Source of the DNA: Tricharina praecox
Taxonomy: Eukaryota
Direction of reading: 5' to 3'
Assembly: GCF_024521635.1 (NCBI RefSeq)
Contig: NW_026250441.1
Span: 1-64,000, forward strand
Length of the DNA stretch: 64,000 nucleotides
Positions 25,511-36,477 of this stretch are shown in pieces. Position 1 is the first letter of the stretch, and every line of letters begins with the position of its first letter. The notes under the pieces were generated by a model, which worked only from the letters and a program-made list of their open reading frames with translations, was not told the origin of the DNA and ran no database searches. The translations under genes were made by a program, and so were the position numbers.

Positions 25511-26745
25511 GGGCAGGAGGCACGGGAAGGGGCAGTACGAAGAGCACAGGAAGGAAGAAGGGGAAAAGGAAACCGCTGAGTAGGGTTACCCACAGAAAAG
25601 AAACTTTCGACAGTTGTAGTACGGTATTGACGTTCTTTGCTGGTACTTCTTGCCCATCCGTGCCGGTAATGTCGTGCTGTTGCTGGCCTGATGGTTCTTT
25701 TCTTTGTATTAGATAGATAATAACCTATCAAGGGTGGTGTTGGTGTTGGTGGTGGTAGTAAGGAGGAGGAAGAAGAGGAAGAGGAAGAAGGAAGGAAGTA
25801 GAAGAAAGGAATTTGAAGAAAGAAGAAAGAAGAATGCTTACTAAGAGTGTTGTTGGTGTTGGTGGTGGTAGTGAGGAAGAGGAAGCGAATGGTGGAGAGG
25901 AAAAGGAAGAGGAAGAGGAAGAGAAGGAAAGAGGGTAAGTAGAATGTGTGCGGTAGAAGAAGGAGCACTAGTGTTTTCGTCCACTGTTGCATAATTGGTT
26001 TCCGCATCTGAGTGTCCTCGCCGATTGTGCCGACCCCTTCGCACGGTGCAATTTCCGAACCCACATCTTCACCACTTGCAAAACATGAAGAAGAGGGCCC
26101 ATGTAGGTGGGGAAAGGTAGGTTGATTGGGAAGAGACGGTCGAGGACCCGAAGTCTATCTACCTCCGTACATCCGTCGTCACTCGGACTTATCTACAACG
26201 CTACCCTATCTACAACCCTAAAGCCCAGCCGCGACTCGGCGTGTCATCAGCATATTCGTGAAAGGATTAGAATACTAGTGTGTTTCTGGGGCGCCGTTCG
26301 TTCATTTTAGTACTGCCTTTAGCTCTCCAGCCGAGTTTCACCCCACACTCTCCGGCTTCTGCTCCTGATCCTATCAACCACACATACGAAGACAACAGCT
26401 CGCTCTACAATCATCCCGGTGCAACTCTGCCTGTTCCCACCGCCGCCCCCCCCCCCCCCCCCGCATCCCACTCTCATCGACGCCACTATCACACCAACAT
26501 GGACCAGAACGTTTCTACGATCGATGCCAATCTTGTGAGTAATACCGCCTCGTCCAGTGCATCGATTTCCAGCCCCGGATCTAGGGCAGGGTAGGAGAGG
26601 TCTCGGAGCCTCGTATCTCAGCATTATGCTGACATGTAAAAGATCGCAATCCGCCAGAGGAACGAATTGTATGGGAACACCGAGCACACTTCCACAGGCG
26701 ACGTCAGTGATGCCGCGGATAGCGACGTTGGCATAGCAACACGAC

Positions 26746-27198
26746 ATGGTAGAGACTAGCGGATCCGCCGAGTCACAGGAATCGGACAGCGACGACGAGG
26801 ACGTCGCTGTGCCACGCGCGCATACTCTCACCACCATTAACGAGAAGTACTCCAAGGAGACGAAGTCGAACATACGCAAGAAGCCTTCGTCCGACAGTGG
26901 CGAAAGCGAGTACAACACGCTCGTTGGTTCACCAGAGGTGGCCGCCACCACCACCAGCACCACTGCTGCCGACATCGAGCGCATCCGTCTTCTGGTGCAA
27001 CTCGCCCAGGTCGAGGCCAACCTCGCGGCTGACGAGGAGAAACTCGCCAAGCACCGCAGTGAGCAGAAGATGGATGTGTCAAGCGCGGCGAAGTTCCAGG
27101 ACCTAAGGGCACGACGTGAGGAGAAACACGAGAAGTGGGAGATCTTGAGAATGAAGAGAAGACTCTCAAAGCAGGCTTTTCAAGATTCAAAGTCTTAG
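26746..27198 (+). CDS. hypothetical protein with a coiled-coil-like C-terminus; upstream exons possible (ATG 26499, GTGAGT donor)
   Basis: 150-aa ORF with coding-like composition (acidic tract, then an E/K/R-rich helix). Confidence 0.4.
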   Translation: MVETSGSAESQESDSDDEDVAVPRAHTLTTINEKYSKETKSNIRKKPSSDSGESEYNTLVGSPEVAATTTSTTAADIERIRLLVQLAQVEANLAADEEKLAKHRSEQKMDVSSAAKFQDLRARREEKHEKWEILRMKRRLSKQAFQDSKS

Positions 27199-28269
27199 AA
27201 GGTGTTCCATCAGCTGGACTCGATGATCTGGAACATGATTGACATAGGTTCCCAGATGGGGAATGGCGTGGAGTCGCTGGATCCCGATGCGGATAAGTAT
27301 GATGACGCGGAAAAGGATCCTATGTTGGGGACTTCTTACATCACAATTTTGAGACCCAATTCGACCCTGGTTTTTTTTGACGAGCGTTTTGTGTGGCAAT
27401 GTTTTTGAACGTCACCTGATTATGTAGTGCGCTAGCATAACCACTAGTCATGTAAGTTAAGTAACACTTGCTCTATTATAGACGATTCAGTGCTTTTGGC
27501 GGATGGTTCTGATTTTCTGCCACCGTTTTCTGTCATGGACCCATGGTTGAGAGCTTTAATGCCAAGATCTAGTCGAGAAGTAGACTACTATAGTACAGAG
27601 CCGCTAGTCCACATATGGTGACTGGCGCCCCTACATGATGTGGTCAGTAAAAACAAATGTCCCGAGTGATTGGTTTAAGGGGTCCCCAACCACATGATAT
27701 CGATCGACCTTTCCTGAATCGTCAATTGTCCGTCCTGTACATAGCGTCAGGGAGTGAATCTCACGTCGTCCATCTCGTCTTTCGCATAGCCCAAAGCTGT
27801 GCCGACGGTCAACCTACATGCCAAAGGGATCGATTGTGAGTTCTCTGGTAGTAAAAACGCAGAACCGGTAGAACGTCGCGGAGCGTAACTGGCCGGCTAG
27901 TGAGATGAGTTGCGGCAACTCACGCCGTGCTTGTTCAGACAGTGAACTTTGACTGAAAGAAGGATGATCGCCTCGCTATCACTACAACCTGAAGACAGGA
28001 TTGCACAGATAAGTCCCCGCCGCATATATCCGCGTCACATCGACTCGTGGCCAATCGACGAAACGAATAGCTTGACGAAAGTCTTCCTGTGTTTCCGCAA
28101 CACAGCCTTCAGTGACGTATTGATCCCTCTCGACTCCCCCCACTGTACCCACGCCACGACACTGACTGAGCTCACTGCGATTCCTCGGCGCCTTCACGCG
28201 TAGTACTGCCTCTTCACCTTGTACTTTGTCTGTGTTCTAGCCCACATGGCAGATTTTTCCACCTTTAGA

Positions 28270-28650
28270 TGGGCCGGCCCATCTACCAGCTGGCCAGCCC
28301 GTCTATGAATAGTCCTGATCGGCTTGTTGGCCGGACGATGCCCAGAAAAGTTCTGGTCCCTGGGCACGCTCAAAAATAATGTTTTGGAAACTTGGGGCCG
28401 GACCATCCACACACTCCTCCGGCTGGGCTGGACCATCAACAGAATCCTTCGGCTGGGCCAGACCATCCACAAAGTTTAATCTTTCTTTCCAAGCTCCCAA
28501 TATTCTTAACCGCGCTCGCCTAGTATTCCTCCGGGAATATGAACTGACGGTGGGGAAAGAGATTCACTGAACAGGCCGTGACGAAGAACTGGCCGTGAGG
28601 AAAGAGATTCTCTGAACTGGCCGTGAGAAAAGAGATTCACTGAACACTAC
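28270..28650. repeat. two adjacent short tandem arrays (~30 bp GGCTGGGC.GGACCATC.AC; ~27 bp GAACTGGCCGTGAGGAAAGAGATTC.CT)
   Basis: Repeated units are visible at 28395-28472 and 28541-28645. Confidence 0.75.
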
Positions 28651-29764
28651 GCCCTTAATTGAAAATAATTTACATATTTACAACTAAGCATAACCATCCC
28701 TCAATCTTAGACCCGCCTTCCCCTTTTCGTCAGAGATCTTCCCGAGTCTGCACCCTTATTCGGCATAACTTTGGATGGAATGGAAACCCTGCGTACCCTC
28801 TTTCTAATTTGCTGGGCCAGTGGCGGCGGTGACTCCTCCGAGTCTTCAACATCACGAAGCTCGGACTCTTCAACAGTAACCCGGCCTACTTTCTCGCTCT
28901 CCGAGCCCACATTTTGGCAATCAAACTCTGTCGCTCCTGGAGCGAACTGTCCAATCGTGTGCCGCTTGTTGATAGTGGCGACAGGCAGTAGAGTAGAGGT
29001 AGCGATGGGTAGAACAGGTGCGGCGGCGGGTAGTCCTGCGCTTGTCTTAATTCATGCATCTTTCGAATTGCTGAAAATATTCTGTCGAAAACGGAGTGTA
29101 TTGATTGGCTAGATGGCGGCGACGTGGGCGGTGGACTTGATGGTGCTGGGGATAACGTGTTGGTCGAGTGTTCGTTGAAATTGTAAACCTAGGGTGAATT
29201 TTTTTAACCTTGGCGACGGTCTTACTCTATGGACGAGAGGGTCCGCACCACTGAGCTTTATCAGCCCGCGCCGAGACGTCTCCCTCTCTTCCAAATCCTG
29301 TCTCGCTCTTTTTCCGCTTTCCCTTGCCTCTTCCTCTCAACCTTCTTCCATCCTTCATCCTTCTCAGCGTCGCGAGGTGGAGACGCTGCGGACACGGCAA
29401 ATGCTGGTGGTTTAGGTGGTGCGGTGTCGGACTCCACTTCCCTATGCTCAGATTGCTCAGGCGTCTGGGTGGGGGGTTTGTTTCTCGCAAGCTTCTTTCA
29501 CGGAGGAGTTTCCGGGAATGGGCGGACAGAAGATACGCTTGACGTCGAGGAGCAAGTCACGGCCCATGATCTACTTTTTTTTCTGCTGTCGTGGTGCTGG
29601 TTGTGAGGGTCATTACGTGGGTGCTATGATTGATTTGAGGGGCGGAATACCGGTGGTGGGTGGGATGGGTGCAGTTTGGACGCGGATGTCGGCTACACTT
29701 GTGCTTGATAGCTCTACAGGTTGCGAGATAACTATGACGGTGCGGATGGAGCTGAACTCTTGAC

Positions 29765-29836
29765 GCATGTCCCAGGCTTCAGCATAAAGATTATCAAGTG
29801 GCATGTCCCAGGCTTCAGCATAAAGATTATCAAGTG
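29765..29836. repeat. perfect 36-bp tandem duplication
   Basis: GCATGTCCCAGGCTTCAGCATAAAGATTATCAAGTG occurs twice. Confidence 0.95.
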
Positions 29837-30733
29837 GGTTTGTGAAACTCGTTACGTCGACTGTTGGACATGAGTGCTGGAACAGCGATGGCACCGCTGG
29901 TTGTAGTAGAAATGCCTGCTGAGATTCCGGTTTGATGGATGAGCAAAGTATCGAAGCAGAAATGGCCAAAATTATCATTCCAGTCCAGCGCGGGGTGGGT
30001 TACGGCACACTTTTGCGGATCTACAACATCAAGACGGCGCCACTAATATGTCTTCTTCTTTCGGAACCTGCATTCCTACACGGGTAGCAGATCTCAGGCA
30101 TGGACAGCTGCGGTAAGGCATGGAAAGATGTGGTCACATGGCATCGTGCGTATTCAGTGAGTGTGTCTCACCATATGCAGTTCAAGCAGTAGAAACGCCT
30201 CCCCGCACCCACCAGAATTGTTCCAATTCCTGATGCAAAACTCCCTTATCCTCACGATTAAACACCAGGCCCGGGAATTGTCCGTCCAGTCCGTCCTGGG
30301 TTATGCCCCAGACGGGACGGGATTTGTCGGGCCCGGGATAGCAAGGACTATAGGGCTCCGGGAAAGCCAGAGGAAGACTGAAGCCCCATTGGGGCCCGGA
30401 AATGATGCAGCTTGTGGTACTAGTCGTGGCGTAGTGGATCTCTCGGCACCCCTTGATATTAGATCACTCGACATGCATCTCCCTTCCCAATATGTTGAAA
30501 GTGATTCTACTTGGTGAATATGGTGTATGCAGAGTGGCACGTGGTTTGAGGGGATCCAGCAAAATATCTACGTAGGGGTTGAAAGCCCTACTGTTCCAGG
30601 CCCACACCCAAAACGCCCCACTGTGATGGTTGACCTTCTTCTCCTATCGGCTTCCTCCTCCTCTTCTTCTTCTTCTTCTTCTTCAGATACACACAGACAC
30701 GATTGTCCACGACTTTCAGCACCAACCGAAATC

Positions 30734-31915
30734 ATGACGAGCCACAATTGCACTGCGTCTGTACTCCGTCCTCGCACCACTTCCACCATGCCCGACACCT
30801 CTCGTCGGGTTACCCCAGCCACGCGGCCCACCATACCGGAGCTGCTCGCGCAAAGCCGCCACCTGAGCGCCGCGTCGATCAGGACAATCACTAAGGTGAC
30901 GTCAGGCAAACGCCTCAATCCTTTCGGCGAGGAGAACACCGACGGGGGACCTGCAGCCAGAAAGCTTCGGACTACCCGGCGCAGCGGCTCTGTTCAAGCA
31001 CAGGCCGTCGATAGAGCCAGTAATGGCAAGGTAAGGGATTTGACCCCAGTAACGCTGACTATTACTAACTTAAGTTAGAGGTATCGTGATGCGACAGCAC
31101 CGGACCTCGTACGGGAGCGCAGCTCCGCCTTGAACCGTCTTCCTACCAGTGGCCGTGATGGCGAGTCCGCTCGTCAGAGCCCTCTGAAGCGCCCAGCAGA
31201 CGACGACCTCATGTTTCCCAGTGCCAAGCGCCTCACTTTTCCCTTCCCGCGCCTTGTCCCATCCTTCCCACGCAGGTCTCTTTACGGCCCGTTTGGACCT
31301 CGCGTCCATTGTTCATGGGGGCCGCCGAACGCTCCGAAGAAAGAGGAAGACCTCGAGGAAGCGTATCTTGTCGCGCTTGCCTTGGAGGCAAATCCGCTCG
31401 CTGAAGCAGAGGGAAGGAGTGCGCTAGATGGGGGAATGGAGACCTCGACGACCGAGGCGGAAGAGCTTGACCTGGATGGGAATCCTTCAATTTCCGTGAG
31501 CATCGTCGGTATTCCCTCCGCGCCAAGCTCTTCCGGACAGGGGCCACGCAGAGCCGCAATTTCCTCTCGTGTCGGTCGCCGATTTGCTCCCTACCGTCTG
31601 CGGAGGGACCGCGTCCACGGGCGCGAGGTTGAGCATGCAGAGATGAAGGAGAACGACCTTCTAGCCGCACACGATAGGGCTTTGACCCTCGAGCGCCAGC
31701 TCCAGAGAGAGATCGTGGTGGTGACCTTTGCGGATGAGGACGAGATCTGGGAGCAGCCGGGAGTGCGGCAAGCGGCGGAAGAGCCGGAGGACGAATCCCT
31801 TGTCAATGCGCAGGGGGTGGCCGAAGCGCAGCAGAGGCGGGACTTGGAGGAGGGAGTCGTTGTCGAAGAGGCACCCGTAAGCGGGGGGTGCCTGGTGTTG
31901 ATGATACTAGAATGA
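30734..31915 (+). CDS. hypothetical low-complexity protein, 2 exons
   Basis: Intron 31031-31078 (GTAAGG..CTAAC..TAG) joins the 30527 and 31130 frames in phase 0. Confidence 0.65.
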
Positions 31916-32985
31916 AAGAGAGCTTGATCCGTTCCCTCCACTGTCGTTTGACTGCATTCGAAGCCTATCTACAGGAGATCTGTGTGGACAACCAAGGCAC
32001 CATACAGCTGGCCAAGAACCGAAATCCCTATGACGGGACGAGGCCTATCGGTGAGTGATTTTACTTCTTCCTAGAGGCATGCGAGCGGGACGCCATTGAA
32101 ACAATCCATCTGCCGATATCACAGATAGTAGCAAACTTCCTGACGAAGAGTCTCCCCAAGATACGCACTGGAAGCATGTGGTTAGAGTTGAGAACTTGAG
32201 ATGACGCGTTGAGCTCAAGGGGAAGCGTTTGGTTTCGGTTATGAAGCGGACAGCGCTTACTGGTGCGAATTAGGATACATGCTTCTTTCATTTTCTGTTT
32301 GGTATACTCTTTCTCAAGTAGCCACGGGTTTCCTTCTGCTTGAAGGCTTTTTACGTGGCCATGAATTTCGATGAGGTACCAAGATTTTATGAGTCTTCGT
32401 TTGACGGGGTTTTCGTATGGGTCTTCAGTACATAGTTATTTCTTATGGGATTCCGAAGGAAGGGAAATGTTGTGGTTTGAACGTCCGGAAGCGGCTGATA
32501 ATGGTCGCAGCCTGCGAGCGTTGAAGGTGTTCAATAAACACCTTCCACGCTAGAAGTATGTCAGTAGCTTGGACCATGATCGCTTCTGTCAGAGTGGGCA
32601 GTAATGCTCACGGCTGTAAAGAAATCACAGCCTTTACAATGAGCTTTTTAGGATTGGATCTGAAGTAATACAAAGGTGCTACTACGAAGCAGTAGAACGT
32701 CATGCTATCATTACTGGTCATAGTAAAATACTTGCCTACACAGGAGATTGAAGCGAGTTTTGAGCTTGTATGGCTGCGATCACTGATAGAAGGATGAATC
32801 ATGACGAGTACCATTCTAAAGATATCACTGCCGCCACTGCTCATAAATACCATTCCTGGTGTTGATATCACTCTGCTGTTTGTTCCTTGTTAAACTCCCG
32901 ACAGTCCTCACATCCGTACCTACCGACGCCGCCGAGGCCCCACCTTTCACACCAAACCTATCTTCTCTCTGACAACATCATAATT

Positions 32986-33189
32986 ATGGATCAACGGTCT
33001 TCATCTACGTTTTTTCCCACCTGGAAGTGCGTTCTCTGCGGGAACCACAATATAATGAGCGCGCAAACGTGCACCCACGTCGCGTATGACAAGCGCTATC
33101 CCGACAAGGAGTTCATCGCCTTCCACATAGAGGTCCGGATCCGGCTTCCGCAGAGGGCACCGCCTGCCAGGGAAAACGCGCCGCAATAA
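32986..33189 (+). CDS. 67-aa RanBP2-like zinc-finger microprotein, paralogue of 6958-7137
   Basis: MDQRSSSTFFPTWKCVLCGNHNIMSAQTCTHVAYDKRYPDKEFIAFH contains W-x-C-x2-C-x3-N-x6-C. Confidence 0.5.
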   Translation: MDQRSSSTFFPTWKCVLCGNHNIMSAQTCTHVAYDKRYPDKEFIAFHIEVRIRLPQRAPPARENAPQ

Positions 33190-34709
33190 TCATGAGCTGC
33201 GTTCGAGTCCCCCTTACTGCCTTTCACCAATGAGATTTTCCAACGGTTCGGCTTTGTACAACTAACGGGACAGGGAAATTCTGGACAACCAATATTCAGC
33301 GATGGCTTCTGGCATCTCTCGAAAGACGTAGATTGCAATTACTGTCAACCTTCTTACGATAGGAGCTCACGTCGGTCGGGGCTCTGACGTGTAGCGGGGG
33401 CACCGATATTTTCACCTGCGCGCATGTGGGGGGTCGTAGGTTTCCTACAAGACATGTAGTGAGGCGTGCGTATTGTGGGTGGTTCTCTCCTTCGGCGCTT
33501 TCCTGTAATTTTATGTGTTTTAATGAAGTCTTGTAGTCTTCTTTTCTCACTTTCACCCTCATATAGTCATTGCCATGATCTCTTTACCGCGTTCCCAGAC
33601 AACTGAGATGATCTTTCATCAGGCCGCTAAAAGCGAGTGATCTGGCATGACGGTGTTTCGTGGTCCGAAAAAAAAACTGCGGTTCTCTCACCTGTGACCT
33701 CTCCACCAAATAATCTCTCTCGGGCTTTCGGTTGAGAACAGTAATGTGATCCACAAATAACATGTAGAGTGCCGGCTCATCGCGATCGTTGCACTGAAGT
33801 CTGCTTTTACTTTGACCCATCTCTAGGCCTTTAACACGGCGAATTGATTCTCCGGGGTGAAGAAATCGGTATGGATAGACCGGGCCGCGGGTATCAGCCG
33901 CACCACAATCCCCGCTCGGCCAAAATTATTACCGACGTGAATTTTGCGTTTCGGTCGTATTAGGTAACTATACGTGACTATCACGACGTGGGATGGTATG
34001 ACTGTCATACTGCCGGTGGCGGTGGATACACCTACCCGCGGGCTGCGACGTCGCGCGCACCAGACGTACTGCAGCCGGCGCTTAGTGGCTTGGCCACAGT
34101 ATAAAGAAAACAGTGTGTGCGAATTTTAAGCGAAGAGCACGGCTCTCATCACGTGCGCGTGAATTGGGAGGCCCGGCCTGGGAGGTGCGTCTGGCGCCAA
34201 CGTGCACCTAGTGAAGTCCGACAGCGTCAGAACACTGGTCGATGGGAGCTATGGAATACGGGTAGCGTGATAATTCACCCTCGCGTAAAACATCTCGCCG
34301 ACGTTCCCGATTCGCAGGGTTTATCGAGATCCCGAAAAACCTCGATCTAGCGACGTTGTGCGATCCCGCGACGTGGGACTATGGACGTTTACTAGTAGTG
34401 AGAGCCTGTGTTTTGCTAATTATGCGAACGATGGGTGCATTAGGAAAGGTATCCTACGAGGTGAGAAGGGTCCGGTCGGCTTGTACAAATACATGGCGAT
34501 TCTACAGCACAGGGCACACATATACTCAGTCACTCCGCACTCGTTTTCTAACTGTAAATTTTCGTGAACCATGATCTAAGTCCTATGCCATGCAACGCGC
34601 CCCCTCTTACCCGAAATCCTGACGGCCAAATCGTTTATTCGTGAGACAACATTTCTTGGAACTTCTGGTAGCGCGACAGCTCCACCCGGAATCCTGACAA
34701 CCAAATCAT

Positions 34710-36477
34710 TTATTCGTGAGACAACTTTTCTTGGGTCTTCTGGTGGCACGACAACTTCTCAATCTCGCGTTTTAGGATGTTCGCCATGTGGCCGATGACC
34801 TTAGTACTCACCTGCTGTGGCAAATGCATTGGCAAGGCGCTTGGGATGATGTCGCCATTCGTGGGGAGCCACCTGACCTTGGTGGAGTGCGGTACGAGAA
34901 CCTCCATGATGGTCATGCAGACGCCACAGCACGGGGCAGAGGTACTGATGAGCGACGGCGTGTTGTGAAAGAGTTTCAGGAAAGAGTCATGGCGATCTTC
35001 CTTGGCGAGATGGCGGACGGTCGCGAGGACGGCTTCCGGGTGTGTAGTGAACTCGGGTATGAAGGACGGGTTCGCGATGAAGTTCTTCTCGGACCCGTTG
35101 GCGAACTGGGCTTCCAGCACCGAGATGGCGTCATTCTCGGTCTCCAGGTGGTGATAACGATAGATCCACTTGATGCAATCGCGCCACGGCAGCATCTCTC
35201 TAGAAGGGGGGGAGTACTCCAACATGCGTACGCGCACCGGGGGCAGATCAGTGTCGAAAAAGAGGGTTGGCAAATAGACCGGGCTGGTTATCAACCTGAA
35301 CCAGTATAGCCATTCTATCGAGGGCGAGGCCTTTACTTCTACTGGCTCAAAATGGTAGAAGTCGCAAACGTCGGCGTACGCAGATGGCCTTAGGTCTTTG
35401 GTGTCGTCGTGATGATCTTGCGGGTCCAGGTTCTCGACCACTTCCGGGGCCAATGTCTGGAAGTATCTGCCCAGAAACGTGCCGATATGCCACCGGAAGA
35501 TCTTCGATTCCCATGCCAATATCGAGAGGACTTGCAGCGGCGAGTCCAGCTCGGCGATGGTCCTCGTGAGTTTCGCCCTGTCTGGCGTGTCCCTGCCTAT
35601 CTTCAAGCCCCCTTGTACCTCCATCAACGGCGGCAGCGCGACTTCCACATTCAACAGCAACCTGCACAGCAGGTGCTGGAACTCATTCAGGAAGTCACCC
35701 ACCACTCCATACTCATCGGCGAGCTGGTGAGTCTGGAGCAACCGCACCATCACCGGGTACTCCTCAACTTCCTGTTCCTCTCCTTGCTTATCGCGTCTCG
35801 CTTCGAGGAGAGCCCTCAAGATCCAACGCTCATGTTCGTCGATCCGACTCAGTATTTCAATGGCGGGAGGGGAATCGAAGGAGGCAATGTTGACCATGGC
35901 GAAGACGGAGCGGTACCTGTCGAGGTAGAACCTGTCCGACAGCTGGGCTACATGGGTGATGAGCGCATAATCTCCAAGCGCCTTGTGAGCGACATGCGAG
36001 TCTTCACTCTCCGTGAGCAGGGCAGCGACCAGGCTTGCATGTTTATAAAAGTCAACATCGCCCCTGTGCGTTAGGTTAGCAGTGTTTCCAGCTGCATTTC
36101 GGTGCCGGTGGATCGTACCAGTTTGCGATGAGAAACTCCACCACCCCCGCCCTTGTCGCCTCGGACAGCTTCACCTCCTCACAGTCGAAAAGCTCCACAG
36201 TTCCTTTCCCCTCGTTTTCATTCTTGGAAACGGGTGTCCGGCCCACAAATACCACAACCTCGTCATTGGTTCTGCGCGGAATACATGCGACATCATCGCC
36301 GTCCCTCCAAAGGAGCACCGCACAGGCAAGGAGAAGTCGAAAGTCCCGACGCCAACGGGTAAAGCGATTGCTGTCGTTCTTCTTGGTGTTCCTGATGGCA
36401 GACAGAGTATGAAGGAGAGCAGTAATGGTGCGGAACTTCAAATCATCCGAAACGAAAGAGGAGTTGTCGTTAGGCAT
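34710..36477 (-). CDS. OTT_1508-like nucleic acid/nucleotide deaminase-domain protein (~570 aa), 2 exons
   Basis: Intron 36118-36064 joins the two ORFs in frame. The C-terminus carries the zinc-deaminase motifs HPE and ISTSAPCCGVC. Confidence 0.75.

Noticed and set aside
25150..26064. 304-aa minus-strand ORF
   Set aside because: Runs through low-complexity CT tracts and repeat units, with no protein-like features.
28541..28645. Short repeats resembling a CRISPR array
   Set aside because: The units are contiguous with no unique spacers, there are no cas genes, and the context is eukaryotic.
28700..29700. Possible decayed LINE ORF1 or transposase tail (EGWKKVERKR on the minus strand)
   Set aside because: There are many stops and no diagnostic domain, so it could not be supported.
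30265..30400. Possible MITE starting CAGGCCCGGGAATTGTCCG
   Set aside because: No convincing second TIR or TSD.
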